DNA from: a bacterium
Lineage (GTDB): Bacteria > Patescibacteriota > UBA1384 > 2-12-FULL-50-11
Length of the DNA stretch: 64,000 nucleotides
Reading direction: 5' to 3'
NCBI GenBank assembly: GCA_021463485.1
Contig: JAJTYJ010000001.1
Location: 65,378 to 129,377 of the forward strand
Within the stretch, counting starts at the first letter, position 1. Each line of letters begins with the position of its first letter. Positions 9,519 through 19,338 of this stretch are shown one piece after another. Below the pieces are notes generated by a model that saw only the letters and a program-made list of their open reading frames with translations, was not told the origin of the DNA and ran no database searches. Position numbers and translations under genes: made by a program.

Positions 9519-10513
9519 CCTCTCAAAAATTCTGCGGCATTTTCTGGACTCATTACGTCAACAACGACTCCGGAACCTAACTCGTAACCGCCGTACGTAC
9601 CGAGTCTTGGCGTAATCTCAATGTGCCAGCGGAAAAACTCGCTGGCCCCAACTGAATCTGGCAAGTCGTGAAGGAAAAAATTTAACGCCGGCTGCTTTAG
9701 TACTCGTGAGTAGCGACTCATAACATCCCTCATAATTTGTCCTAGAGAGTGAATAAACGTTTCTGATGCGTCTTCAAAATGGGCTGACGGCTCTTTCGGC
9801 AACACCCAAACCTCAAACGGAAATCGAGCGGCGTAAAATGTAAAGGCTATGAACTCATCGTTTTCGGCGATGATTCGATCCTTCTCTTTTTTCTCGTGAA
9901 AAATTAAATCTTCAAATACATTCTTGCCGTTGTTATTGAAATACTGTTCAGCGCCGTTCATCTCCCGAACAATTTGATTCGGGATAATATTAGCCGCAAA
10001 AATTTGAGCGTGCGGATGCGCGATTGAGGCTCCTGCTTTCGGGCCGTGATTATAAATAAGCATCGTGTGCTCGGCGTTACAATCTTTACGCCAATATTTG
10101 AAACGACGTTTTGAAACCGAGAAAAGTTCGTACCATTGTTCGATCGAGAACGTATAGATGCTGTCGTCTGCTTCTTTAACGATCACTACATCGTGACCGC
10201 CGGTTGACGGTCGGGCGGCGTAGAAGTTGCCCTCTAGTCGGTAAGTCCTAGGAGAACACGACGATGGGTCTTCAAGAAAAACCGGATATTTATTCGGAAT
10301 AACGTAGACATGTTTCGTGTCGTATTCTTTGTGGCGTTCTTTTCTATAAGCAACGCCATCGAGCGAGAACGGATCGTTAACTTCAGACTCGGGTTTTACA
10401 ACCTCTGCGCTAATAAAATCCGAAGGGCGTTTCGAGCGCTCCGGCGCGATCACTACCCATTCGCCGGTAATAATATTCTGGCGAAGCTGCGGCATACATC
10501 TATTGTGCCACAA
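9515..10513 (-). CDS. galT: Galactose-1-phosphate uridylyltransferase-like (HIT superfamily nucleotidyltransferase)
   Basis: HPHAQIF His-Pro-His active-site motif, about 330 aa, two half-barrel repeats. Confidence 0.6.
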   Translation of the reverse strand: MWHNRCMPQLRQNIITGEWVVIAPERSKRPSDFISAEVVKPESEVNDPFSLDGVAYRKERHKEYDTKHVYVIPNKYPVFLEDPSSCSPRTYRLEGNFYAARPSTGGHDVVIVKEADDSIYTFSIEQWYELFSVSKRRFKYWRKDCNAEHTMLIYNHGPKAGASIAHPHAQIFAANIIPNQIVREMNGAEQYFNNNGKNVFEDLIFHEKKEKDRIIAENDEFIAFTFYAARFPFEVWVLPKEPSAHFEDASETFIHSLGQIMRDVMSRYSRVLKQPALNFFLHDLPDSVGASEFFRWHIEITPRLGTYGGYELGSGVVVDVMSPENAAEFLRG

Positions 10514-10649
10514 CTTTTGCTTGTGACGTCAGATCGAAAATCAGTTACGATAATTTCGGAGGGAAAATATAGCAAATTACGGAGAATTTTCGCTTTCTGG
10601 CGATGAGTACAGCGTTAATAAACCCGACACACCTCGTCCGTGGCGGAAT

Positions 10650-12560
10650 TTGCTATACAACACAAGCTATTCGCTAGTGATCGCCCAAAACGGAATCGGA
10701 TTCTCTACACAAAAAAACCTTACAGAGCCCGTAACGGTTGCTAGCCGGCAGTCGGGTAGATATTTATATATTCGCGATAACGACACTGGAGAATTTTGGT
10801 CGGCTACTTGGTATCCCGTAGTTAGCGAGCTCGACCAGTTCCACGCCACTCATCGCTTAGGTATGACTGCAATATCGACCGAAAAAAATAAAATATTATC
10901 ACAAATCGCGTTCAGCGTTCATAATTCTTTACCTTACGAGCATTGGCAAGTACAGCTTACCAATATCGATAAACGCAAACGTCGACTAAGCGTGTTTGCA
11001 GTCGTGGAGTGGGGACAAGAAATTCGTGACAGCCAATTTCACGATAACGCGATCATTGCTACGACCACTCAGAACGAGGCTAATCTTCTTGCCCGAATTT
11101 TTACACTCGACCACGCTGCCGATAGCTTTGACTGCGACTGGGATCAGTTTGTCGGCCGATACGGTAGTTTAAGCAAACCGAAAGCGTTACTCGACGGTAA
11201 ATGCTCAAGGAGTTTTGGGGGTGATAATCGTGTTGCGGTCCTGCAAAAAAACTTTACGCTCGGCGCAGGATCTGAGGCTAATTTTGCAGTTATTTTAGGG
11301 GTTTCCATTGTCGAAACTGCTGCACAAGCGAAACGCATAGCAAAAAAGTGGGGTAAGAGTTTACACAATCCAACTCAACCACTCCCGGAACGAGTCGTAA
11401 TCAAATCGCCCGAACATAATTTGAATTTGCTCGTAAACTACTGGTCAAAATTCCAGGCGCTCTCGCCAATTTCTGATTACGCCGGAACTGGCGAACGGCT
11501 AGATCGTTTATCGCAGTTATCGACCCACGCACCAGAACAAACAAAAATAGAATTACTAGAAGTCCTATCACAACAATATCGAGACGGATCGCTCATTCGT
11601 TCGATTACTGAACCGATTCCGGACGGATCAGTCGCAACCGTATCCAAATTCCTGGAAGTGCTTTGTGGCTACTTGGCCGAAACTGGAGATCTTTCGCTTC
11701 TCTCAGAACATGTGTCGTTTTTCGATAGTGGCACGGGTTCAATCACCGAACACCTAACTCGCAGCTGCAACTCATTACTTGAGAACCTCAATAGCGATAG
11801 TTCCGCAATCGTCGAAAAGTCCGTAGCTGTGTCGGAACTTCGGAAAGTATTACCAATTTTCATGCAGATCGGTGAACACCAGTTTGTTCGTAAAATTGAA
11901 CGAGCTATCGACGATCAAGGCTCACGAATAAACCGGCAATGGGCAAGAAATCCAAAGCAACACCTAACAACGATGCTTCCTATTCTTGCTTCACACACCC
12001 TCACCAAGCAACATCGGCAGTCGGCCGTTAGTAATCTACGATCCGAATTAAAAACTATCACGCTCTCGGAAAATGAGATTCTACTGATTACAATTATCAG
12101 CTGTGTCGAACAGTTAGCAAAGTACGATCACGCCGACGATGCACTTGAGCTGCTTGAGCACTTCCTACCAACCACCCGATCAAAATCTGCTGAGCAGTAT
12201 CAAGCCGAGCCGTATCTCTTTCCGCGCTCTATTCTCGCAAGCGCCCAACGACGCGGACAGGCGGATAGCAACTTGGACAACGCTGCTGCAGCCAAATTCC
12301 TATCGATTATCACCGAAACCGTATTGGGCATCCAGCCGACGATTGGAGGATTAAAGATCGATCCGCACATCCCACGATCGTGGCGACAGTACGAAGTTAG
12401 TAGAGAGTTTCGAGGCGCCACCTACCACATTCGTGTTAGCAATCCGCTTAGGGCAACTAGCGGAGTCAGTCGTCTCAGTGTGAATGGACTCCACATCACA
12501 GGAAACGTCATTCGGCCGTTCCAAACCGGTAATCACTTTATTGAAGTCACGCTTGGTTAG
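10650..12560 (+). CDS. Hypothetical large protein, possibly glycoside hydrolase/phosphorylase-like
   Basis: 636 aa ORF with good coding periodicity in the carbohydrate-gene neighbourhood; no diagnostic motif recognised. Confidence 0.4.
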   Translation: MLYNTSYSLVIAQNGIGFSTQKNLTEPVTVASRQSGRYLYIRDNDTGEFWSATWYPVVSELDQFHATHRLGMTAISTEKNKILSQIAFSVHNSLPYEHWQVQLTNIDKRKRRLSVFAVVEWGQEIRDSQFHDNAIIATTTQNEANLLARIFTLDHAADSFDCDWDQFVGRYGSLSKPKALLDGKCSRSFGGDNRVAVLQKNFTLGAGSEANFAVILGVSIVETAAQAKRIAKKWGKSLHNPTQPLPERVVIKSPEHNLNLLVNYWSKFQALSPISDYAGTGERLDRLSQLSTHAPEQTKIELLEVLSQQYRDGSLIRSITEPIPDGSVATVSKFLEVLCGYLAETGDLSLLSEHVSFFDSGTGSITEHLTRSCNSLLENLNSDSSAIVEKSVAVSELRKVLPIFMQIGEHQFVRKIERAIDDQGSRINRQWARNPKQHLTTMLPILASHTLTKQHRQSAVSNLRSELKTITLSENEILLITIISCVEQLAKYDHADDALELLEHFLPTTRSKSAEQYQAEPYLFPRSILASAQRRGQADSNLDNAAAAKFLSIITETVLGIQPTIGGLKIDPHIPRSWRQYEVSREFRGATYHIRVSNPLRATSGVSRLSVNGLHITGNVIRPFQTGNHFIEVTLG

Positions 12561-12746
12561 TTCAGAATAAATTTTACGTCGTCGATTTTTGGATTCGGCT
12601 GATCAGAAAATAACGCTTGTATCCGCACTTGATCGTTAAGGGCAAGATACGCCACAACTGTTACAGCAGAAAAGATAAATAAGGCGTAAAGGATTAGGTT
12701 TCGGTGTCGCTTGTCGGTCATGGTTGTTCACACTACAGTGTAGCAG

Positions 12747-14726
12747 ATGGAAAGCGCCTCAATTGAGCGATTAGTTAAATCGCGAGCCTACTCAACGAAG
12801 GCAGCCTTGGCGAAGTTGAATATAAGAACGCTCCAAGACGCCTTAGAGTTTTTGCCGTTTCGCTACGAAGACAGAACCAACGTCGTCGCGATCGCCAAAC
12901 TCGATTTCGATATTGACTCGGTTATTATCGGCACAGTCACCAGCGTTTCCAGTCGAAAAAGTAAGCGCGGTGTATTGATGATTCAAGCTAAAATTAAAGA
13001 TAAAAGTGGTACAACTACCGCGCTTTGGTTTAACCAGCGCTACTTATTAAAAACGTTACGAGAGTACGACGAGATCACGCTCTACGGCGCTCGCAAAAGA
13101 ATTCCAAGTCTCCAGAACCCGTTTATCGTAAAAGGCATAATTGCAAAGCCCGAGATCTGCCCGATATACCGCCGAACAGCCGGGATTAGCCAGGCGACAA
13201 TTCGAAGTGTCATTAATCGGGCAGTAGAAGAGATCGATGATATCCCCGATCTACTACCGGCGGAGATTTCGAAGCAGTTAAAACTACCGAACCGAAAATC
13301 AGCCTTGCTGCGCGCGCACCGACCAGAAGCGATGGAGGACTTACAGATCGCGCAACAGTTACTCGGTGCTGAAGAATTACTGCTCTTAGCCTTGCGAGCC
13401 GAGCGATCGCGACTCGAGCGGCTCGCAAAACGCCGACCAACTTTAGCTATAGACACGACGTTTTTACAGAACTTCGTTCAAAAACTGCCGTTTGCGCTAA
13501 CGGATAGTCAGCGTAAAGCTGCCTGGGAAATCCTCAACGACCTCCAACAACCGTACCCGATGAATCGGCTGCTTTATGGCGAAGTCGGGTCGGGAAAAAC
13601 TGCAGTTGCGGCCATTGTTGCAGCAGCGCTTCTCCAGAACGGCAAACGAGTCGCAGTGCTTTGTCCGACGCTCTCGTTAGCGGAGCAACAATTTCGAGTA
13701 TTGTCAGCAGTTCTTGAACAGTTTAATTACCAAGTTGGGCTGAGCAGTTCGACCGAAAGTAAGAATAAACAGGCACCAGTTATTGTTGGAACGCACGCGC
13801 TACTGAAAGCTCATTACGGTTTCGACATGGTAATTATCGACGAGCAGCACCGTTTCGGTGTCGACCAACGGCAGTTTCTACTAAAAGCTAATCCGAATTG
13901 CGATGTTCTAATGATGAGCGCAACCCCGATCCCACGATCGTTTGCCCAAACACTACTCAGACATCTAGACATCACTTACCTATCGCAACGACCACTGCAT
14001 CAAAAGCCAGTGGTAACAAAAATTTTTTCCGAGAGTCAACGATCAATAATCGAAAAAGAGATCGCCAAACGGCTAGAAAACCGTGAGCCTGGCTACGTCG
14101 TCTGTCCACGAATTAACGAAACGACTGAGTTAATCGACCAAATGTTTGACGATAAAAAGTCAGTCCAGAGCGAGGTAAAAAGATTAGCTAAAGAATTCCC
14201 GAAAGCTCGGATCGGCGAGATCCACGGCCAGGCTGAGAGCGCAAAAAATACAAAAACCCTCGAGAAATTTCGGCAGGGCGAGATAAATATATTGGTGGCA
14301 ACAACCATTATCGAAATCGGGATCGATAATCCGGACGCAACCTGGATACTAATAGAGAACGCCGACCACTTCGGATTAAGTACGTTACACCAACTTCGTG
14401 GGCGAGTGGGGCGCGGCGCAAAGGGATCAGTTTGTTACGTCGCCAATACTGACACAACCGACTCTTCAGCTAAAAGACTGCAAGCGTTCTCACAAATTTC
14501 GAACGGCTTAGAACTTTCCGAGATCGACCTAGAGCTCCGTGGGCCAGGCGAGCTAACTGGCTTTAGTCAAAGCGGTGAGATCGCGCTGAGGTACGCTTCT
14601 TGGAACGATAAAGAACTTCTTGAGACGATATTTGCGCTGGCGCGTAAAATTATGCACGATGGTTTGGAAATGTACCCGCTGCTTCAAAAGCAACTAAAAA
14701 GCGATGGGGAACGGTCGACGCTCTAA
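12747..14726 (+). CDS. recG: ATP-dependent DNA helicase RecG
   Basis: N-terminal wedge domain, GEVGSGKT Walker A, DEQHRFG DEAH box, helicase C motifs. Confidence 0.9.
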   Translation: MESASIERLVKSRAYSTKAALAKLNIRTLQDALEFLPFRYEDRTNVVAIAKLDFDIDSVIIGTVTSVSSRKSKRGVLMIQAKIKDKSGTTTALWFNQRYLLKTLREYDEITLYGARKRIPSLQNPFIVKGIIAKPEICPIYRRTAGISQATIRSVINRAVEEIDDIPDLLPAEISKQLKLPNRKSALLRAHRPEAMEDLQIAQQLLGAEELLLLALRAERSRLERLAKRRPTLAIDTTFLQNFVQKLPFALTDSQRKAAWEILNDLQQPYPMNRLLYGEVGSGKTAVAAIVAAALLQNGKRVAVLCPTLSLAEQQFRVLSAVLEQFNYQVGLSSSTESKNKQAPVIVGTHALLKAHYGFDMVIIDEQHRFGVDQRQFLLKANPNCDVLMMSATPIPRSFAQTLLRHLDITYLSQRPLHQKPVVTKIFSESQRSIIEKEIAKRLENREPGYVVCPRINETTELIDQMFDDKKSVQSEVKRLAKEFPKARIGEIHGQAESAKNTKTLEKFRQGEINILVATTIIEIGIDNPDATWILIENADHFGLSTLHQLRGRVGRGAKGSVCYVANTDTTDSSAKRLQAFSQISNGLELSEIDLELRGPGELTGFSQSGEIALRYASWNDKELLETIFALARKIMHDGLEMYPLLQKQLKSDGERSTL

Positions 14727-15150
14727 GACAAGTTTTGAGCCGAACGTCTCGAATGTACTCTTTTTAGTGCTTGTCGCCGCCACCGGTTTTATCGTCGGCA
14801 GTCAGTATCGAACAAACAGCTCAGCGGTTCCGCCACCGAGTGACGCCGTTGATCCGGTGCCAAACGAAGTTATCGCTCAGCTACAGTCGGCGCTTACTGA
14901 TCCACAAGCTACTCCTAATAACACCGCTATTCAAACCACTGAAGAAACGTCGTCAGTAGGATTGGTTAATATCAACACAGCTTCATCTAGCGAACTAGAC
15001 ACACTGCCAGGAATCGGACCAAGTTACGCCAAGGCTATTATCGACTACCGCACTAAAAACGGGCCGTTTGTCCGGCTCGAAGATATTCAGCAAGTTAAAG
15101 GTATCGGTCCTAAGACATTCGAAAAGCTCAAGGGTAAAATTACGCTCTGA
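14704..15150 (+). CDS. comEA: Competence protein ComEA (helix-hairpin-helix DNA receptor)
   Basis: N-terminal TM, VNINTASSSELDTLPGIGPSYAKAIIDYR...VKGIGPKTFEKL tandem HhH. Confidence 0.8.
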   Translation: MGNGRRSKTSFEPNVSNVLFLVLVAATGFIVGSQYRTNSSAVPPPSDAVDPVPNEVIAQLQSALTDPQATPNNTAIQTTEETSSVGLVNINTASSSELDTLPGIGPSYAKAIIDYRTKNGPFVRLEDIQQVKGIGPKTFEKLKGKITL

Positions 15151-15244
15151 TCTGTATTTACCCGCAATATATTGATAAAATTACTGGGTAAATTTGCCGG
15201 GATGGCGAAATCTTCCGAAAGGTCGAATTCTTATCCTGGCATTT

Positions 15245-15327
15245 GCCGGGATGGCGAAATGGTAGACGCACTAGCTTTAGGAGCTAGCGGGGGCAACCCC
15301 ATGGAGGTTCAAGTCCTCTTCCCGGCA
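15245..15327 (+). tRNA. tRNA-Leu (anticodon TAG)
   Basis: GCCGGGA acceptor, anticodon loop TTTAGGA, long variable arm, TTCAAGT T-loop, TCCCGGC+A 3' end. Confidence 0.8.
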
Positions 15328-15334
15328 CAATGAA

Positions 15335-15364
15335 GCGTCGTCGCATTTGCGACGGCGTTTTGTT
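15335..15364 (+). terminator. Rho-independent terminator downstream of tRNA-Leu
   Basis: gcgtcgtcgc-attt-gcgacggcg hairpin followed by ttttgttg. Confidence 0.45.
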
Positions 15365-15544
15365 GTATTGAGAACGGCGACTTGAACCGAGGTTCACTGC
15401 GAGCGAGCTTTGCTCGCGAGAAGGAGTGTAGTAAAACGGAGCGATTTTCCTCTCTTCCCGGCACAAAAAGAACTCCCAAACCCTTGAAAAATCGCTCATA
15501 ATAGAGTAAATTCCTCAAACAACCTAGGAGGTGTACCTACAAAT

Positions 15545-15964
15545 ATGGGAGCAATTACCGAAGAAGGCATTGTCTGCACGCAGACCATTACCATGTCGGA
15601 TATCGAAGCGTACGCCGAAATGTCCGGCGATCGAAATCCGATTCATCAGGGACCAGATGCGATCGCACATGGCGCACTATTGATCGGAAAAATCTCAGCA
15701 GCTGTGTGGCGAGCTTACGGCGATGGCACAGTAGCTCGAGGGATTGATTCCCTCAAGCTGCACCGACCTATTAGGCCAGGTGAGGATTTCAATATCCTCA
15801 TCACCTACGGAACTGAAATTCCCGGTTCTCGTTTGAAAGAAAAGGCGATCACTGTTCGTGTTACTAAGTGGTGTGGAAGTAACGAAAAGCTGATCGCAGA
15901 AGGTGCGATCGTAATTATCCCACCCAAGACTGGCAACGGAATCCTTAACGGCGGTGGAGCCTAG
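15545..15964 (+). CDS. MaoC-like dehydratase (hotdog fold)
   Basis: 139 aa; NPIHQGPDAIAHGALL motif resembling the MaoC/R-hydratase active-site region. Confidence 0.45.
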   Translation: MGAITEEGIVCTQTITMSDIEAYAEMSGDRNPIHQGPDAIAHGALLIGKISAAVWRAYGDGTVARGIDSLKLHRPIRPGEDFNILITYGTEIPGSRLKEKAITVRVTKWCGSNEKLIAEGAIVIIPPKTGNGILNGGGA

Positions 15965-16021
15965 TGCTCCAGCCGCCTTTTTCTTACCCTAAAAATTAGG
16001 TAAAATACTCAAGTATAATTA

Positions 16022-16093
16022 GCCGAAGTAGCTCAGTGGTAGAGCACGCGCCTGAAGAGCGTGGTGTCGTCAGTTCGATTCTGACCTTCGGCA
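16022..16093 (+). tRNA. tRNA-Phe (anticodon GAA)
   Basis: GCCGAAGTAGCTCAGTGGTAGAGC..CCTGAAGAG anticodon loop..TTCGATT T-loop..CTTCGGC+A. Confidence 0.85.
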
Positions 16094-16196
16094 CGAGCGA
16101 CAATGTCGCGAGTTGCGAAGGTCAGAACTGAGCGTAGCGAAGATTCTTGACCTGAGGCACATTCGCAGGTTGGCTGCCTCGGCACAACAACTAACT

Positions 16197-16679
16197 ATGA
16201 AAGAATTCTTTACAAGCCGGTTTCAAACAATTGAAGATTTTTTCTCAACTCAGAAATTTCCGACCAGCGACTGGAAAAATATTATTAGTTGGGACTATTG
16301 GACTGAGAGCGGACTGCCAAGTAGCTCCGCTTACACCGCCGTTAGCCTCGCCGGTGTAATTCTATGTATCGCCCTTATCCTATTCTGGCGAGCTTATTTA
16401 AAGCGTGCGCACAAAACCGCCCCTGTTTACGAGTTCGAGATTCAACAGCTTTCGAGCATCGTTACGTTTGTAGTAATTATGTCGTTGTCGTACTGGTTTT
16501 TTCGCGCTCAACAGGTCGCTTTTGCTTCAAGCCGTCTCGTCTTATTGGCAACCGGCCTAACAGTAGTTGGCTGGTTAGTAGTTGTAATTGTGCATCTAAA
16601 GCGAAACACCCCAAAGATGCGGACTAGTTATCTTGAAAAAGAGCGGTTTTTCAGGTATCTTCCAAAGAAGAGAAAGTGA
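16197..16679 (+). CDS. Hypothetical membrane protein
   Basis: ORF 16113..16679; probable start MKEFF at 16197; 3-4 predicted TM helices. Confidence 0.4.
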   Translation: MKEFFTSRFQTIEDFFSTQKFPTSDWKNIISWDYWTESGLPSSSAYTAVSLAGVILCIALILFWRAYLKRAHKTAPVYEFEIQQLSSIVTFVVIMSLSYWFFRAQQVAFASSRLVLLATGLTVVGWLVVVIVHLKRNTPKMRTSYLEKERFFRYLPKKRK

Positions 16680-16693
16680 GGATTTTTTAGTTT

Positions 16694-17761
16694 ATGTCTA
16701 CTACTACCAACCCGCGCACCATGGCCGAGCTCGTTGAGCTCATGGGTGACAAGCTCGTTCCGTTTGTACAGGGCGATGTTCTTGATGTAACCGTACTATC
16801 TACTTCGAAGGAGAGCATCATGGTTGATGTCGCCGGTGTTGCAACTGGTATCATCCCCGAAAAAGAGTTCTCCGCCCAAGCAGCAAGATTGAAAGCTGGC
16901 GACACCGTTCGCGCTTACATTCTGAACGCCGAAAACGATAACGGCTACGCGATTATGTCGCTAAAGCGCGCCGAAAAAGAGCGTCTCTGGAGTATGCTCG
17001 AGCAGCGTAACACCGCTGGCGAGATTATAACTGTTAAAGTTATTCAAGCTAATAAGGGCGGTCTCGTTGCTGAGTACGGCAACATGCAAGGATTCATCCC
17101 GGTTTCACAGTTGTCGTTTAAACACTACCCGCGAGTTGATGGCGATCGATCAAAGATTCAGCAGAAACTTTCTGAACTAATCGGGCAATCGATTCCGGTT
17201 AAAATCATCAGTTACGATAAGCCAACGAACAAGATCGTCTTTTCCGAAAAAGCCGCTGGCGACGCTGATCTCGAGGAAAAAGCTAAAGATTACCAGGTCG
17301 GTCAAAAAGTGACCGGCAAAATTACCGGTATTGTTGATTTCGGCTTATTCGTAAATATTGGTGAACTTGAGGGATTAATTCACATCTCACAGGTTTCATG
17401 GCAACGAATTAATAATCTAAAAGACCATTTCCACGTCGGTCAGGAGATCGAAGCCGAGATCGTAAACGTTGACGGCGGTCGCGTCTCGCTCTCGATTAAG
17501 AAGCTACAACCAGATCCGTGGCAGATTGAGGTAAAAACGCTCGAAGTGGGCGGTAGGGTTGAAGGCGAAATAACTCGTGTTACACCGTACGGCGCTTTCG
17601 TTAAACTCTCCGAAAGTCTCGAAGGTCTCTTCCATGTTTCTCAAATGGGCGAAGGTCGCAAGCCGGAAGAGATCGTTCAAGAAGGTAAGTCGTACACCTT
17701 TGAAGTTATTTCGATCGAACCCGAACTTCGAAAAATCTCACTAAAGCTCGCTGACGCCTAG
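16694..17761 (+). CDS. rpsA: 30S ribosomal protein S1 (short four-S1-domain form)
   Basis: Repeated S1 OB-fold blocks (GxV/G..FGxFV..hGLhH.S). Confidence 0.85.
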   Translation: MSTTTNPRTMAELVELMGDKLVPFVQGDVLDVTVLSTSKESIMVDVAGVATGIIPEKEFSAQAARLKAGDTVRAYILNAENDNGYAIMSLKRAEKERLWSMLEQRNTAGEIITVKVIQANKGGLVAEYGNMQGFIPVSQLSFKHYPRVDGDRSKIQQKLSELIGQSIPVKIISYDKPTNKIVFSEKAAGDADLEEKAKDYQVGQKVTGKITGIVDFGLFVNIGELEGLIHISQVSWQRINNLKDHFHVGQEIEAEIVNVDGGRVSLSIKKLQPDPWQIEVKTLEVGGRVEGEITRVTPYGAFVKLSESLEGLFHVSQMGEGRKPEEIVQEGKSYTFEVISIEPELRKISLKLADA

Positions 17762-17766
17762 ATCTA

Positions 17767-18231
17767 ATGCTTCAGATTAAGCTTAACGCCAATAAGTACG
17801 AGATCACCGATAAGAAAACCACGGCGATACTCGAAGGCTCAAATATTGTAGTACAACAACAAACGATTGTATCACCGGGAGAATACGAGGCCGAAGGCGT
17901 AGAAGTTATTTACGGCGAACGGGCAGCGCTTTTAGTTTGGGAACGACTTCAGACTGTCTACGTTTTCTCGACCGAATCCCCGAAGGGTTTTGATAAGAGT
18001 CAGTTTGCCTCCGCGGACGTAGTTATTATCGGTACCGAAGTTACCCAGCTAAATAAAGATTCGATTTCGGAGCTACTTGAAGCGTACGATCCGACAGTAA
18101 TTATCGCTAGTAGTAATACTGCGATCGATGAGTCGTTGGCTGCAGCGATGAAAGTTCAACAGGTTCCGTTAGTTAAATTATCCGAGCAGGCGCTGCCGGT
18201 GGAGGGTCGAGACTTTTACCAAATCGGATGA
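17767..18231 (+). CDS. Hypothetical protein
   Basis: 154 aa ORF tightly packed between rpsA and nrnA. Confidence 0.35.
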   Translation: MLQIKLNANKYEITDKKTTAILEGSNIVVQQQTIVSPGEYEAEGVEVIYGERAALLVWERLQTVYVFSTESPKGFDKSQFASADVVIIGTEVTQLNKDSISELLEAYDPTVIIASSNTAIDESLAAAMKVQQVPLVKLSEQALPVEGRDFYQIG

Positions 18232-19169
18232 GCCCGGCCGAGAGCGCATCGACTATCCTGCGTACGGCTGCCTCAGTTTGCATAATTGTTCACCATCGTC
18301 CCGACGGCGATGCGATCGGTAGCGCTGTTGCCTTGCAGAGGGCTCTTAGTAAACACTCGCAAGTCGAAATAATATCAAGTAGTACCGTACCGTCTGTGTT
18401 TACCTCGATATTAGGACCGATCGAAACCCGACCGTTACTACCAACAACTGCTGACGTCTACGTTATCGTTGACTGCGCCGAGTTACACCGAACTGGTTTC
18501 TCGAAGCAGATCGAGCGATTGCGCAAGAACAACAAAACGCTGATCGTTATCGACCACCATAACAGCGGAGACTTAGAAAGATTAGCCACAACACATATAA
18601 GCAACCGGTCCGCAGCCGCCACCTCTGAGTTAGTGTTTAGCCTACTCACAGAAATGCGTATCCCAATTACTCCCGATATTGCGACGCCGTTACTGCTTGG
18701 TGTCTACACAGATACCGGCGGTTTTCATCATCAAACCACCTCAGCTGCAACATTAAAAACTGCGAGTCAACTCGTACGGCTAGGCGGCGAATTAAATAAA
18801 ATTAGCCAGGGGTTCTGCCGAGAACTCTCGCGTGCGAAACAACGACTTTGGGGCAGAATCTTGTCGGAGATTAGTATCAATAAGTTTGGTATCGTCGTAG
18901 CACAAGTTAAGAGCACTCATCTAAAAGAGGCTGAATCGACTGTCGACGATATCGCCGGCCTTGCTAACTTGTTGGCGCTAACACTTGAAGCGAAGGTAGC
19001 GTTAGTACTTGTAGAAACAGAAAACGGTTGGCGGGGGATACTTCGCAGCCGACACCCGGCGATAAATTTGGGCCGGTTAGCTCGGTTACTCGGCGGTAGC
19101 GGACACAAAAAAGCGGCCGGCTTTCTCGCGACAAACGACGTCTTTTCAGGTAAAATTAAACGTAGTTAA
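18228..19169 (+). CDS. nrnA: DHH/DHHA1 phosphoesterase (NrnA-like oligoribonuclease/pAp phosphatase)
   Basis: IVHHRPDGDAIGS (motif I-II), IDHHN DHH motif, C-terminal GGGH DHHA1 motif. Confidence 0.7.
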   Translation: MSPAESASTILRTAASVCIIVHHRPDGDAIGSAVALQRALSKHSQVEIISSSTVPSVFTSILGPIETRPLLPTTADVYVIVDCAELHRTGFSKQIERLRKNNKTLIVIDHHNSGDLERLATTHISNRSAAATSELVFSLLTEMRIPITPDIATPLLLGVYTDTGGFHHQTTSAATLKTASQLVRLGGELNKISQGFCRELSRAKQRLWGRILSEISINKFGIVVAQVKSTHLKEAESTVDDIAGLANLLALTLEAKVALVLVETENGWRGILRSRHPAINLGRLARLLGGSGHKKAAGFLATNDVFSGKIKRS

Positions 19170-19175
19170 TAGTAC

Positions 19176-19256
19176 GGGCGAGTGGCGGAACGGTATACGC
19201 GGCGGACTTAAAATCCGCTGCCGAAAGGCTTGTGGGTTCAAGTCCCACCTCGCCCA
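19176..19256 (+). tRNA. tRNA-Leu (anticodon TAA)
   Basis: GGGCGAG acceptor, anticodon loop CTTAAAA, long variable arm, GGGTTCAAGTCCCAC T-arm. Confidence 0.8.
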
Positions 19257-19259
19257 CAC

Positions 19260-19335
19260 GGGCAGTTAGCTCAGCTGGTAGAGCATCTCGTTTACACCGA
19301 GAGGGTCAGAGGTTCGAGTCCTCTACTGCCCACCA
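19260..19335 (+). tRNA. tRNA-Val (anticodon TAC), CCA encoded
   Basis: GGGCAGTTAGCTCAGCTGGTAGAGC..GTTTACACC loop..GGTTCGAGTCC..ACTGCCCACCA. Confidence 0.85.
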
Positions 19336-19338
19336 CAA

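Noticed and set aside
13082-13456. Antisense ORFs inside recG
   Set aside because: Shadow ORFs; RecG motifs are on the plus strand
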